This document shows positions 1-11,333 of a stretch of 64,000 nucleotides of DNA, in pieces. The position numbers were made by a program, and so were the translations under genes. Source of the stretch: Phyllosticta citribraziliensis (Eukaryota); the NCBI RefSeq assembly GCF_038025025.1, contig NW_027117348.1, positions 1,364,001-1,428,000 on the forward strand, given 5' to 3'. The notes under the pieces are model-generated. The model was not told where the DNA came from. It was given only the letters and a program-made list of their open reading frames with translations, and made no database searches. Within the stretch, counting starts at the first letter, position 1, and every line of letters starts with the position of its first letter.

Positions 1-330
1 GCTGTCTGAATGCGTCGCCTCACGACGCAGCGAACACATCGAGGCCAGACGGAATCCCGACGCACCACCCCGTCCCACCACGCGTCTGCCTGCCTGTCCG
101 TCTGTCCGTCCATCCGATGCACGCACGCACAGGCACTCGCCTCGACGCTCCCCCGACCCCCCGCCGACCTGAGTGGAGCCAGCTGGCTGGCGCGCGATAA
201 GGACCAGCGCACCCACCACAGCGCAGACGACGGTGGTGGCACTTGGTCGATGCGCGACGAAGCCAGTCTACGGAAGTACCGGACTGCTTGATCTGTCCGA
301 CTTGACTGAACTCAACCTTTTGTCTCTCTC

Positions 331-440
331 ACTCACGCTCTCACTCACTACTCACTGCTCACTACTCACTACTCGCCACTCACTACTCACCACTCACCAC
401 TCACTACTCACTACTCACTACTCACTACTCACTACTCACC
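331..440. repeat. Heptamer tandem repeat (CTCACTA)n, degenerate
   Basis: Repeated CTCACTA/CTCACCA units are directly visible and explain the 'HSLLTT' repeats in the spurious ORF 173..499. Confidence 0.9.
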
Positions 441-1398
441 TGCCCAGCTCTGCCTCAGCTCCACCAGATGCCAGAGAGGCTGCTGCACTCAATATCTAGC
501 ATTCTCGACACCGCGCGAATCGCAAGCAAGGAGAGGGAAATCGAGATGAAACGAAACAAAAAGCGAGAGAAAGCGTGCGCTTGAAGGCGTAAGGGACAGC
601 AGAGAGAGCAGACCAGACCAGACCAGAGCGGCGCGCACACGCATGCTCAAGAGCTGCAAAAAGAGAGCGAAGAAGATGAAGGCATCATAAGGTAGGTACG
701 AAAGCCGGTGGGTGGCCAAGCACCTCGCGGAAGGGTGAGAAAGAAGCCCAGCAACACAGCATGGAAAACACGACAGAGCCTCGTGCAAGCAGGTAAGGTA
801 AGGTATAGAATATATGCATATGTTTATTGCCTGAGCCGGCCAACCCATTGGCCTTGGCCTATCCCGTTCCGCATACCTTACCATCCCAAATGATATGAAC
901 TGTTCAGCAAACGAAGCCAACGAGCTCACCGACCGACAGACTGGCAGTCCAGCTGTCCGTCAGCGAGCCTACCTGCCTGTTTGCCTGATATCCCTCAGTC
1001 CATCAACGTCGTCAATGATGCATGATTCCTTCCGGCAATCCATCCATGCATTGTGCATTCCCATCCCATCCCATCCCATTCCATCCATGTCCGTGTGCAG
1101 AAGAAAGGGGGAGAGAGAAGAGAAAGAGAAACAAAAGTAGTCGTGGTGTGTATGAGCCGTGCCGAGAAGAAAGAAAAAAGAAAAGGAAAAGGAAAAGGGA
1201 GGCGAGCAGCAAGTGTCACGGCGACACTGCCGCAGCTCGGCCATCCGTGTTTACTGTACAGAGAGGAGAGGTAAGGAGGATTGCATGCCTGCTTTTGTAG
1301 TTATGGTCCAGTTGATGCAAATGTGTGGTTGGGTTGGTTCGGTCGGTCGCCGCCCGTGACTTCACACGTGACGTCGTGATACAAGTGATCAAAGAAGC

Positions 1399-2820
1399 TC
1401 ACGCTCGGCCGTGGGTGCGCAACAGCTCTTCGTCGTACTCGAGGCGGTTGATTCTCTTCTTAGTATACTCAAAGGCCGAGAAGAAGATGGCGTTGACGAC
1501 ACACGAGCGGCTCATTGAAACGCCAATGCCTGTCATTGTAAATCAGATTAGCGCTTGTCACTGACAGCCAAGACGTTTTGGTTGGTCGATTTGCTCCCCT
1601 AGTGCACTTGACTAGCGTGCAGGCGGGGTGGTGCCGTGCCGCCTATGACGTACCCTTGTACATGCGAGGATTGAAGAATTGAATCTTTGGGCGGTCCGTT
1701 TTGTTCCTGTGTTGTGTGAAGCAGTTGCGCTGGTAGATGGACTTGGCCGTGTCGATGGGGTAGATGCAGGCCCAGCTGACGAGGCCACAGAGCCCGCCTG
1801 CGATGACGACGGCCAGAGGCGAAGTGGGCGAGTTGCCGCGAGCATTGGCAAGGAGCTGCTTGGAGCTTTCGTACGTTGTGAAATATATCCCAGTCCCGAT
1901 ACTATCGCGGACTACCGTTGACGTCAGCATTGCCTCCTCAGTCAAACCGACACAACTTACGCAAGTGGTAGTGGACGCCGGCGTAGAGGCCACCAAAGCC
2001 CCTCTGTCTGACGAGATTTTGTGCCGTCCTCAAGGTGCCCAACTCTGCGTAACTAGCGCTGATGGGATTCGGCTTTGCATTGCCTTCTTTGGATTGGGCG
2101 AGCACGGAAATCTGAGCGCTCATCTTGGTGAGCTCGAACGGACCTGAAAGAGTCAGCCGGCGTCTAGAGTTAGATTTTCAAATCATACAGGCAATGAATG
2201 TGATTACAGCACCAGCCGTCGCACCGGCAGCCCCGAAACATGACATTGTCGCAATGTTGGGCATGGCTCCTGTGCTGTTGGCAATGGCGAGCGGCGAGCT
2301 GCCCGTGGCCCTCTTCATCCATTCATCGTAGGTGTATTTTGCGCGCTGGTAGACTGAAAAGGACACTGTGCGGACGAGCGTGATGCTTGCGAGCGGAGAA
2401 ATTACACCTGAGTTGCGTTAGTGAGCGACAGGCAGGTGAGGCGTCTCGCTCACCTCGCCAAAAGCCCTTGGTGCCTTCTGTGCGGTACGTGTGCTGAACG
2501 CAATCAACGACGCCGGTGAATCTGTTTGAATATCTGCACCCAGTCAGAAGAGTCGCCAATAACGACGGTTGAGCCATACGTCTGCATCCGCGTCTTGACC
2601 GAGTCCAACGGGTACTACAGCAGCGTTAGAGAGCGCGTTTGCACAGGGCCATTCGACTCACCGCCGTGACAGTCGACAGCAAGCTGCTCGAGCTCGCCGC
2701 AATCTCGGTCCTGTACTTTTTGCAAAGCTTGGTGTATTCGTGCCTCATGACGACCGAATCGGGGACGGGGTGCTGCGGCGCCGCAACGGCGGCACCGTCT
2801 TCTCTCGCGCTCGAGGGCAT
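1399..2820 (-). CDS. Mitochondrial carrier (SLC25) family protein, 7 exons
   Basis: Three carrier signature motifs: YPLDSVKTRMQ, CPFELTKMSAQ, YPIDTAKSIYQ. Manually read GT-AG introns at 2615-2661, 2534-2579, 2408-2453, 2144-2188, 1912-1960 and 1530-1653 join the ORF fragments in frame. ATG at 2820, TGA at 1399-1401. Confidence 0.9.
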
Positions 2821-3489
2821 GCTGGCTATCGCTAGCGTTTGAAGACCAAGAGCGGTCTTCAAGGCAATCGCGACTTAGCCAGCAGCCTATCCAGGTCCAT
2901 CAGCTTGCCCCAGCAGAGTCGACGTGGTGGCGGCGCGGTCGCTGGGGGTGAAAATTGGCGGGTGTGGTGGTGAATTGGGGAGGTCAAGGGTTGAAGCTGC
3001 GGGGTCGTTCGCGTAGGAGCTCAGGTGGGTTGTGTGGCGAACGGGGCGGGCGTCGACTCGGGCTTGGGCGGGCGCGTCGCGTCGAGCGCAGTGGTTGGCA
3101 GCGGAGGCGAGGAGGGGGACTGGCTACTGGATTGATGGAGGGTTGACGTTGTGTTTGACACTGCAGAGGCTATGATGTGCCCTCGTGGGGAAGCCCTCTC
3201 CGCTGATCGACACGTCCTGCTAGCGCTTCACTCGTCACCATCTACTCGACGTACCTTTTGGCTTACCACCCGTCCACTCACATGGCTCTATCGCCGCCTT
3301 CTGTCCACACCACATCACACAGCGGCCCGCCTTTGGTCCAACTCGAGTAGGCCCGATATCAGACGACCTGATCTGACACCCTTGCCCTCTTGTGCGACGC
3401 TAGGTCAATTATCCACCTTATTTCGCCCTCTCTGGCGGCCCGCCTGGACCTCGCACATGTCATGACCATCATTCCATTCCCTGCTAATA

Positions 3490-4899
3490 CTACAACAGAA
3501 TCATGGCCAATCCACTCGCCAGTCCCGCCATAACCCACAACCACCCCAATATCGTCACGTTTGCAGCCACGCTGGGTGCTACTTTTGCAACAGCGCTGGT
3601 TGAAACAACGCCCGTCCCCGTATACGTACAACTGCTGCCACATCCATAGTCGTTTGGACAGCAACCCCCGCCCTGACTTGCTGCGCAACTCGACCATCCG
3701 TTGGCGCAGGTTCCCGTCGTCGAAGCAAAACTGACGCCCGATTGACCGGCTATCGTCACCGAATTCCCGTCAACGACTGTGATGCTGGCAGAAGCCGGAC
3801 ACGACGTTGAGTGACAATCGCGACCCACCCTGCAGCAGCCTCCCTGATAATATGCCGAGCACATGTAGAAACCAGTTGGACAGCCATTGATGCTTTCAAA
3901 GGGTGTGCCCGTAGTCCGAGACAACGAGCCTGAAGATTCCTCGCTGCCGCTCGTTGGGCGCAACGGCGCAACAGCACTGGCAGTGCTCGAGGCAGCATTC
4001 GTTGACGTAGGGGCGATTGTCGACGTGATTCTTGACGATGGTTCTGCGGACCGGGATTGGGTGGTTGCTGTTGTTATCGACGTGCGGCGTGAGGCTTGGC
4101 CGGTGGCCGTGTTGGAGAGAGTTGACGTCCTCGTCGTTCCCTTTTCCGTGATGATTGTCGTACTGATTGATGCCTTGAGGCCTACCACGAGTCAGTCAAG
4201 GATACGAGGGGCCACAAAGCTTGGCTGAAGAAGCCATCGTGTGCGGTACTCACATCCTTCAGAGACACAGTAGAAGCCAGGGACACAGCATCCGCCATTT
4301 GGACAGCTCGAGTATCCTGCCGAACTATCACAGTTGGCAACACCGCCACTGCAACTGCTTCCTTCTGGACAACATCCGACGTCTCCATTTCCAGTATCTT
4401 CGACAATCTGACAAGTTTCTGATATCCCGCAACAGGAATCGGGTCGGTCGATGTTGGTGCAGGCAGACGTCCCTGTGGGACACTGAAAGTCGCGCCTTTG
4501 AACTGCGCCGTGCCCGCCTTGTGGGAAAAACCTGGGAAAATTCCAATGACGGCCGTAGTCTTCCGAATGCTTCAACGCGGGCGGAAGCAACGTCACGTTG
4601 AGAAATTCGCCCTCCACGATGGCCACTTGGTTGGTATCCGCGCCGGCTTCAGCAGCAGCGAATTCCCAGTAGTCAAAGTAAAACTTTTGGCCTGGGTCGT
4701 CGCTCATTTTGCGCACGGCGCGGGGCACCTCGACGGCCATGCGCGCGCGTATTGCGGCATCACGCTTGACGAGGGCCTCTTGCTCGGGCCAGTGCTTTTC
4801 ATGTTGCGCCAAGTTCGAGGGCCATTCTGGTTCTGCTTGGGCGAGGTGAGCGGAGGCGAGAAGGAGACATGACGAGAGCGAAAGTAGAGGGCGCGGCAT
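3490..4899 (-). CDS. Secreted Cys-rich, S/T-rich GPI-anchored cell-surface protein, 2 exons
   Basis: Signal peptide MPRPLLSLSSCLLLASAHLAQA, KR/RR processing sites, repeated CP(T/E/N)G...CC motifs, a Thr/Ser-rich linker and a hydrophobic C-terminal GPI-like tail. Intron 4182-4253 joins ORFs 4192..5097 and 3490..4188. Confidence 0.85.
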
Positions 4900-5698
4900 G
4901 GAGATGGCGATTTCGGTCCCCGGCAGGCCTGTTGAGCGACCTGAAGCACGAGCAGAGGACAGGGCAAGGGTCGGACAGAGTCCAATCCGGCAGGTAGGAA
5001 TATGTAGATATGTACAAGTGAGTAACGTCAAAAGACTAGGACAGGGTGGGGAACAGCAAACAAAGACTATTTCTTCGGTAGCGCGGTCTGCCGTCAATGT
5101 CGGGCAGGGTTGCTGCGGAGCCCTGCACGGTGAGGATGGCTGGAAGGCAGCGTGGCGTGGCCGTAGTGCTTCCTGTGGTTTTTAATTCGAGAGGTTGGGC
5201 TGGGCGACGACAAGGCTGCTGACCGCTCATCATCTCACGGTGCCTGTCGCTGACATGACTTGTTGCGCGTCTGCATGGCTGTGAATGGCTGCTTCGTTTG
5301 TGCCCGATTACCACCTCGAGCGTTCCGTTGGACGGCAGACATGTGCCTCTGTGAGAGTTGGAAACGAGAGGTGTGTGGAGCAAGGATGGTGGATGGTCGA
5401 CGAACTGCGGTGACTGAAGGGCGGGAGCGGAGAAACGGGCGCACGGGCCTTTGCCGCGATCCAATACAGGGTTACCATGGCAAAACGGCCACCATTGCCC
5501 ATCTGCGTTGAATCCTGGGATTCGGCGAGGCTTTGCAGTGCGTTCGAAACACATCTTTCAAAGAAGGTATCTATCTTTGGGAGCATAACATGATGTTGTC
5601 TCAATATCAAACTCTGTGTCAAACCCCCATCACTGCACTCTCTCGAACAATACGTTCAGAGGAAAATAGCGCTATGAGATCTCGGGCAACTTCTGGTT

Positions 5699-6776
5699 TC
5701 ACTCTTCATCAAAAACCTTTGTCAAACGTCGCAACAGATCGACCGCTGCCACATGTCTAGGTCCTTTACTACTGCTCTCGCGATCCATCCGAAGCCTTGG
5801 GTACTCCTCCATTTCTGGTCGGATCTTGCTTGCCCGAGACTCTTCTGAAGCGGCTTTGCGCTCAATTCGTTCCCGTTCCATCTTGGTCCTGCTTGAAACT
5901 GCCTTGTAATGCTTGAGAATGATGCGATCTAGTTGACTTCGGGTATTCAAGTAGCCGCGCTCAAGCTCTGTATTTTCATGCGGAGGCAGACTGTTAGTTC
6001 TGGTTCCCGCAAAGCTCTCCTTCACACTCTCAATCAGCTGGAGAAGGTTGTTGATGTGGCTTCCGGCTTGATCCAGGGCTTCAGCGGTGATGGTTTGTGT
6101 TTGAGGGCGTGGAGTAGAAGATGAAAGATTGCCCGTTGCCACGAAGCTTTCATATATGGCAGATGGAGTTAGTAGTACTTCTGCAACAGTTCTGTAGCTA
6201 CAGCCACAGAGATGAGCGAACTTACGGCGTTTGATCTTCTTCATTGTGACGGGACAAGGACTCTTTGTATCTTGCCTCGGCTTCCTTCTCCTGAAGAATC
6301 AGGGTACTAATCGTCTGATACTTCTCCTCAGTAGCCTTGCCCTGACGCACGCTTAAAGCCAACTGCAAAGTCGCCGTAAGAAGCAACAGAGTGCTCTTCA
6401 GCTTCTCCAGCCTTGCATTCAAGACGTCGACATTGAGCTGTCGGAACGGCCAACTGAAGCTCCAGGTGTCGGGTTTCTGGTCCTCCCCGATTTCCACATA
6501 CATTTTACCGAAGATTTCTCTGCAGTCATTCATAGTCTCTTGGGCCGCAACGAGCGCCTCGGCGCGCAGCAATTCCTCAGCTCCGGCTTCTTTAAATACA
6601 TACCCAAGCTCTTTGATTGTCTTTGTCGTTTGCCTAACATCTTTTCCCAGGGCCGACATCCGTTCGTAACTCGTTGCTACACTGTCAGCATAGTCGTAAA
6701 TGGTCTTGGTCAGGCGGATTCCAAAATCGGCAACTGAAAAGGCGGAGGCGGCGACGCCAAAGGCCGCCGCGGCCAT
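5699..6776 (-). CDS. Protein with HeLo-like / fungal N-terminal domain of STAND proteins, 2 exons, ~333 aa
   Basis: The N-terminus MAAAAFGVAASAFSVADFGIRLTKTIYDYADSV...WPFRQLNVDVLNARLEKLKSTLLLL matches the Helo_like_N pattern (hydrophobic N-helix, then WPF...LE..KSTL.L). Intron 6147-6225 (GTAAGT...CTAAC...AAG) joins it in frame to ORF 5699..6244. Confidence 0.7.
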
Positions 6777-7335
6777 TTTGCAAGAGCTTGAAGCTTGGAT
6801 CGCGAGAAAAGAAAGAGCTTGAAAGTGGTCGATTTGTCATTTGAAAGAAAGGTTTCAGAGACAGATTGGTCCATCAGGCTGGCGGAACAGCGCTGGCTCA
6901 GCATCTTATCATTCAGCCTGGTCGCGCAGGCTGACCAGTACAGCCTGTGGGCAGGCTCGCCGACACAGCCCATGGAGGAGGCAGTGAAAGCTTTGTAATA
7001 GCTCCGTAATGTCAGCATTGATTGGAACGCTGCTATCACAGAGGCACTTTTCTTGAGAAGCTGGAGAGGCACAGAAGTTGATGTTCGGGAGTCGTGCCAT
7101 CGCGGTGTGCCGCCACAGAACGAGCCACACCAGACGCCACCCCAGCATCCCAGCACGGCACCGCACCCAGGCACTCAACAAGCATTGACCAAAAACGCGT
7201 CCCCGTTCCCTCCGTGCCTCCCTCTCTCTCAAGTCTCACCTCGACCGCGCCAGGCCACGCACCCAACTCCACCAGCTCAACCCTACCGTACCTGCCGCAC
7301 CCACAGCGACGCCTTCCCCTCGGCCAGCCCACGCC

Positions 7336-8171
7336 ATGCTCGCCTTTATGTCTCCATCACCCAACGCTGCCGCGCCACCGCAAAGCCCACCACACGCCTA
7401 CGCGCCGACGCGCTCCTCGCCTCTCACTCCCCGCGACCCAAATGCGCACCTCGCCCGGCGCCCCTTCTCCTTCGCATCCTCCAATAGCACGATGGACGCA
7501 CAACCGCCGCAAGGCGCCTTCGGCAAGCCCGCACAGCCGACGCCGTTTGCGAAGAGAGACGCGAAGCCGAACCCGTTGATACAGCGGAGTGGGAGCGATG
7601 TCGCGCGCGAGCGACGACGTGACATGTTTTTGCGCCGGGTGGCAAACGATCGGGATGACCGGCGGTGGTCTGCCAGGAGCGAGCAGGTTTGTGGCCGTCG
7701 GCGGCGTGGTCGGGAGAGAGCTAACTTGGCGCGCAGATCTTGAGGTTGGATTATGTGCAGCGACAGAAACGGTGGGAGGCAGAGATGGCGAGGCGAGCAC
7801 CGAAAGCGGCAGAGCCACCTTCGGATGAAGAGGATGATCAAGATGTCATGTGGGATGATGAGGACGGTGCCGTTGCCAGCAGCCAGGCGACCAATTGGTC
7901 GTATCAGCACCCACTTTCACAGCAGCAAAGGAGCGAGTCACTCGAGGAAGAAGCAGATGTGGTGGCGCAACAGGAAGACGCTGAGCTCGAGGCTTTGCTG
8001 GACATGATGGAGGAGGATGAACGAGGTCAGGACGATGGAAGCCTAGCCTTTGGGAGCGACGACGAGTACGACCACATTTTTGAAGAGGCCGTCAATGCAC
8101 CACCGAGGAATACGCATGGCCTGCAACAAGGCACAACCCACGACAATGACGATATGGACATGACGGGTTGA
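7336..8171 (+). CDS. Hypothetical fungal protein (P/S-rich N-terminus, basic middle, acidic C-terminus), 2 exons
   Basis: Intron 7687-7736 (GTTTGT...GCTAAC...GCAG) joins ORFs 7336..7743 and 7740..8171 in frame. Motif RERRRDMFLRRVANDRDDRRW. Confidence 0.7.
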
Positions 8172-8290
8172 GAAACAGGTGTCTGGAGAATTGGGTATCA
8201 TCGTATATCTTGCTTGCTGTCCAAAACCAGATGTACAGGCATCACCGTAATTACGAGCTTGCTACGCTAATGGTACGCAATTGAATCGAA

Positions 8291-9381
8291 TTATTGTGTC
8301 GGACATCCCCCGTCCAGCTCGCCCAGAGCCTCGCGCGCGGCACTGTCATCTCCAACCAGATCAGGCGGAGGTGATCCAGCTGCTTGCATCTAAAAGTCGT
8401 CAGCGCGTGTCCGCAAGCACTCCATGCAAACTCACCTTTTGCATCCGCTCCACGATGTACTCTCTGTCTGCCGTATCCTCATCACTGTACTCGCTCCTCT
8501 CAAACCTCTGCACAATCTCCCTGACACAGCGCTGCTGCTCTTCGTACCGGCTCAAATCTTCCTTGTTGCACTTTTCCCGATTCTTTCCAAACCAGCCGGG
8601 AAACTTGTCGTCGAGGTCTTTCATGGGCTCATACAGAATCTCCTTGTTGGTCAACTGCTCCATCATGCCCATGAGCATTTTGGAAAAGTCCTCATCGTTC
8701 TCGCCTCCCTCTCCCGCCCCCGGGAAGCCGCCCCGCTCCATCTCGGCCAGCATTTGCGCGAGGAAATCGTCCGAGCCAGACGACGCGGCGGCGGCATCAG
8801 CCTGCTCGCCCGAGGCTTGCATGCGCTCCATCGTGCGGCGAATCTGTTCTTGAAAGTTTTCATCCTTTTTGTCGGCGGCCGGCTTTGCACTTGCCGCACC
8901 GGGGGTAGACGTAGACGTTGCGGGCGCGGGTTTGGCGCTGGAACCTGCAGCGCTAGCAGCGGCCGGGTTGGCGTCGGCGGCGGCATTGTCACCGAGCTCT
9001 TTCATGAGGTCTTCGAACTGCTTTTGCATGTCGGGGTTGTTGCCCAGCTCGCCAAGCAGCTCGGCCATGCCAGCTTGCAGCTGTTGTGCGAATTCATCGT
9101 CGTCGGGCACTTGGGCAGAGGTTGAGGCGGCGGCGGGGGCTGTAGGCGGTCTGCCTGGACCAGACGCAGCCGGCTGCGAGGCAGCAGAGGGTTTGTCTTC
9201 GAGTTTGGTGGCGGAGAAGTCGTCGAGAACGTCTGCGGCGCGGTCAGTATGCTCGTCGGCAATGCGCAGCGCAGGGTGCTTGCGGACCATCCAGATCGTC
9301 GAGGTCATCCTCGTCTGGGTCGGGGATGTCCTCGACGGCCTGCGCGGGAGGCTGTTGCTTTTTGTCGTCCTTGTCCGCCAT
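8291..9381 (-). CDS. PEX19: Peroxin Pex19 (peroxisomal membrane protein chaperone/receptor), 3 exons
   Basis: N-terminal DPDEDDLDDLDDVLDDF, the motif MMEQLTNKEILYEPMKDL, MQKMQAAGSPP, and a C-terminal CaaX motif CPTQ*. Introns 9233-9287 and 8390-8435. Confidence 0.95.
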
Positions 9382-9749
9382 GACTCCGTGCCAGTATGCT
9401 GCTCAAAGAAGAAGACGAGGAGGAGAACGGCATCCGCGCGGTAGTCTGAAGTGGAGGACGAGTGAGGGCGGCGTGGGCATCCTGGTCGGCCAGAGAACCC
9501 CGCAGGCGGTGAGCTGCAGATTGTCGCACAGACCGCAGAGGGATCCAGACCATTCGCTGGCCGACGGGACGCTCAACTCTTCCCACCGCAGCACACGCTC
9601 ACCACCTCTTTCTCTTGCATCTGCAAACCGGCCTCTCGTCTGCCACAGCCACGCCAATCTCGTCGCTCACGGTAACACCCGTACGACCATCTCTGCAAGT
9701 GAACTCGTCATCTAGACCACGTCCACCAGAGCCCCACTACGCGCCCACC

Positions 9750-10449
9750 ATGACATCGCTGGCGCAAACGCGTCTCTCAGAAGAGAGGTGAGCCGACTCC
9801 CCCGTCACAATCTCTACGCTTCACCCGCCCATCGCAGCATTTGGCCGTCCCCGATCTCATGAGTAACGCAACAGAAAGCGGTGGCGCAAGGACCATCCAT
9901 TCGGCTTCGTCGCACGTCCCATGAAGACGGCAACCAACACGCTGGACCTGAAGAAGTGGGAGTGCGTCATCCCAGGCAAGGAAAAGACGATTTGGGACGG
10001 CGCAGCTCTCAAGCTGGAGATGTCGTTTCCAGAGGGTACGTCGGCCATTTTTGGGACCGTGGGGTCCCAGGCACGCCGTAGACGCTTGCAAGGCTAACAA
10101 CATTATTGTGTAGAATACCCCACCAAGCCGCCCAAGTGTATGGTTCCGCGCACCCCCAACAAGCTCAAGCTTTGGACTTACTGACGCCCGCGCAGGCAAA
10201 TTCGTCCCGCCGCTCTTCCACCCCAACGTCTACCCGTCCGGCACCGTGTGTCTGAGCATCCTCAACGAAGATGAGGGCTGGCGCCCGGCCATCACGGTCA
10301 AGGAGATTCTGCTCGGCATCCAGTCGCTGCTCGACGAGCCGAACCCGGAGTCGCCCGCCCAGGCCGACGCCTTCAACCTGTTCAAAAAGGACCGCGTCGC
10401 CTACGAGAAGAAGATCAAGCAGGTCGTCAAGGAGAACCAGGGACGCTAA
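9750..10449 (+). CDS. UBC9: SUMO-conjugating enzyme E2, 4 exons
   Basis: [35 protein letters not shown] and [29 protein letters not shown]. Introns 9788-9874, 10036-10113 and 10138-10195. Divergent from PEX19. Confidence 0.97.
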
Positions 10450-11333
10450 GCATCAGCAGCAGGCGGGCGGGCGCTTAGTTGGGCTGATGTTTCGCCCGCA
10501 GCAACATCGTCTGTGGGGCTCTGCTCTGGGCGGATTGGGAGGAAATGATTAACTGCGTACGGTACCTTGCCGCGGCAAGTGATGATGATGGGCCCTTTTT
10601 ATCTGGGTGTTTTTGGGACGCACGGCATGACGAGGACACGTGCTACGAACGACCGGCGTCCGGCGCTTTATACTCATCCCTCAGCGCTTTTCTGGCGACG
10701 TTAATGGATCCGTCGCACTCATCCCCTCCCCTCTTCACTTTCCGGCTTGTCGAGTAGCACGCGGAGGAACTTTTCGCGCTTTGCACAGGCGAGCGGGGAG
10801 CGCGTCAGGCTGCATCTGGTTTTTGCAAGCAGATAGGGCGGCGGACCGACAGGCGGGCAATCCTCGCCGTCCGTGGTGCGGCATCATGCTCTGTCCTACC
10901 CCGTCCTGTCCTGCATCCAACAAGTCCCGGATGCGTCGGCCATACGTCCCTTTTTACTAGACTGAGAGAGAATGAACGAACGAACGAGAGAGATCGAGAA
11001 TGAAAGAAAGAGAGAAGTGAGGCAGGCAGGCAGGTAGATGAATCAGTCCGGAGTGCAAAAGTTCCTTTTTACGGAGTCCGTAGATACCTCAGGTAGTTGG
11101 TTGGAACTAGGGTACTTCTATTTTCACGTGTTTCTCTCGCGTGTGTATGAATGGTGCTGTAGGACTGTGTAGAGGATATGATGGAGTGCCGGCTGTCTGG
11201 CACTTGGTCTATCTGATTTCCTTGCAGCACACACGCCTCAGGTCGACTCCTCAACCACCCACCCACCTCTTCCCTCCCTCCCTCTCGCCACAGTCCAGTC
11301 CACTGCCCTCAAATATCAAATATCAACCATCAG

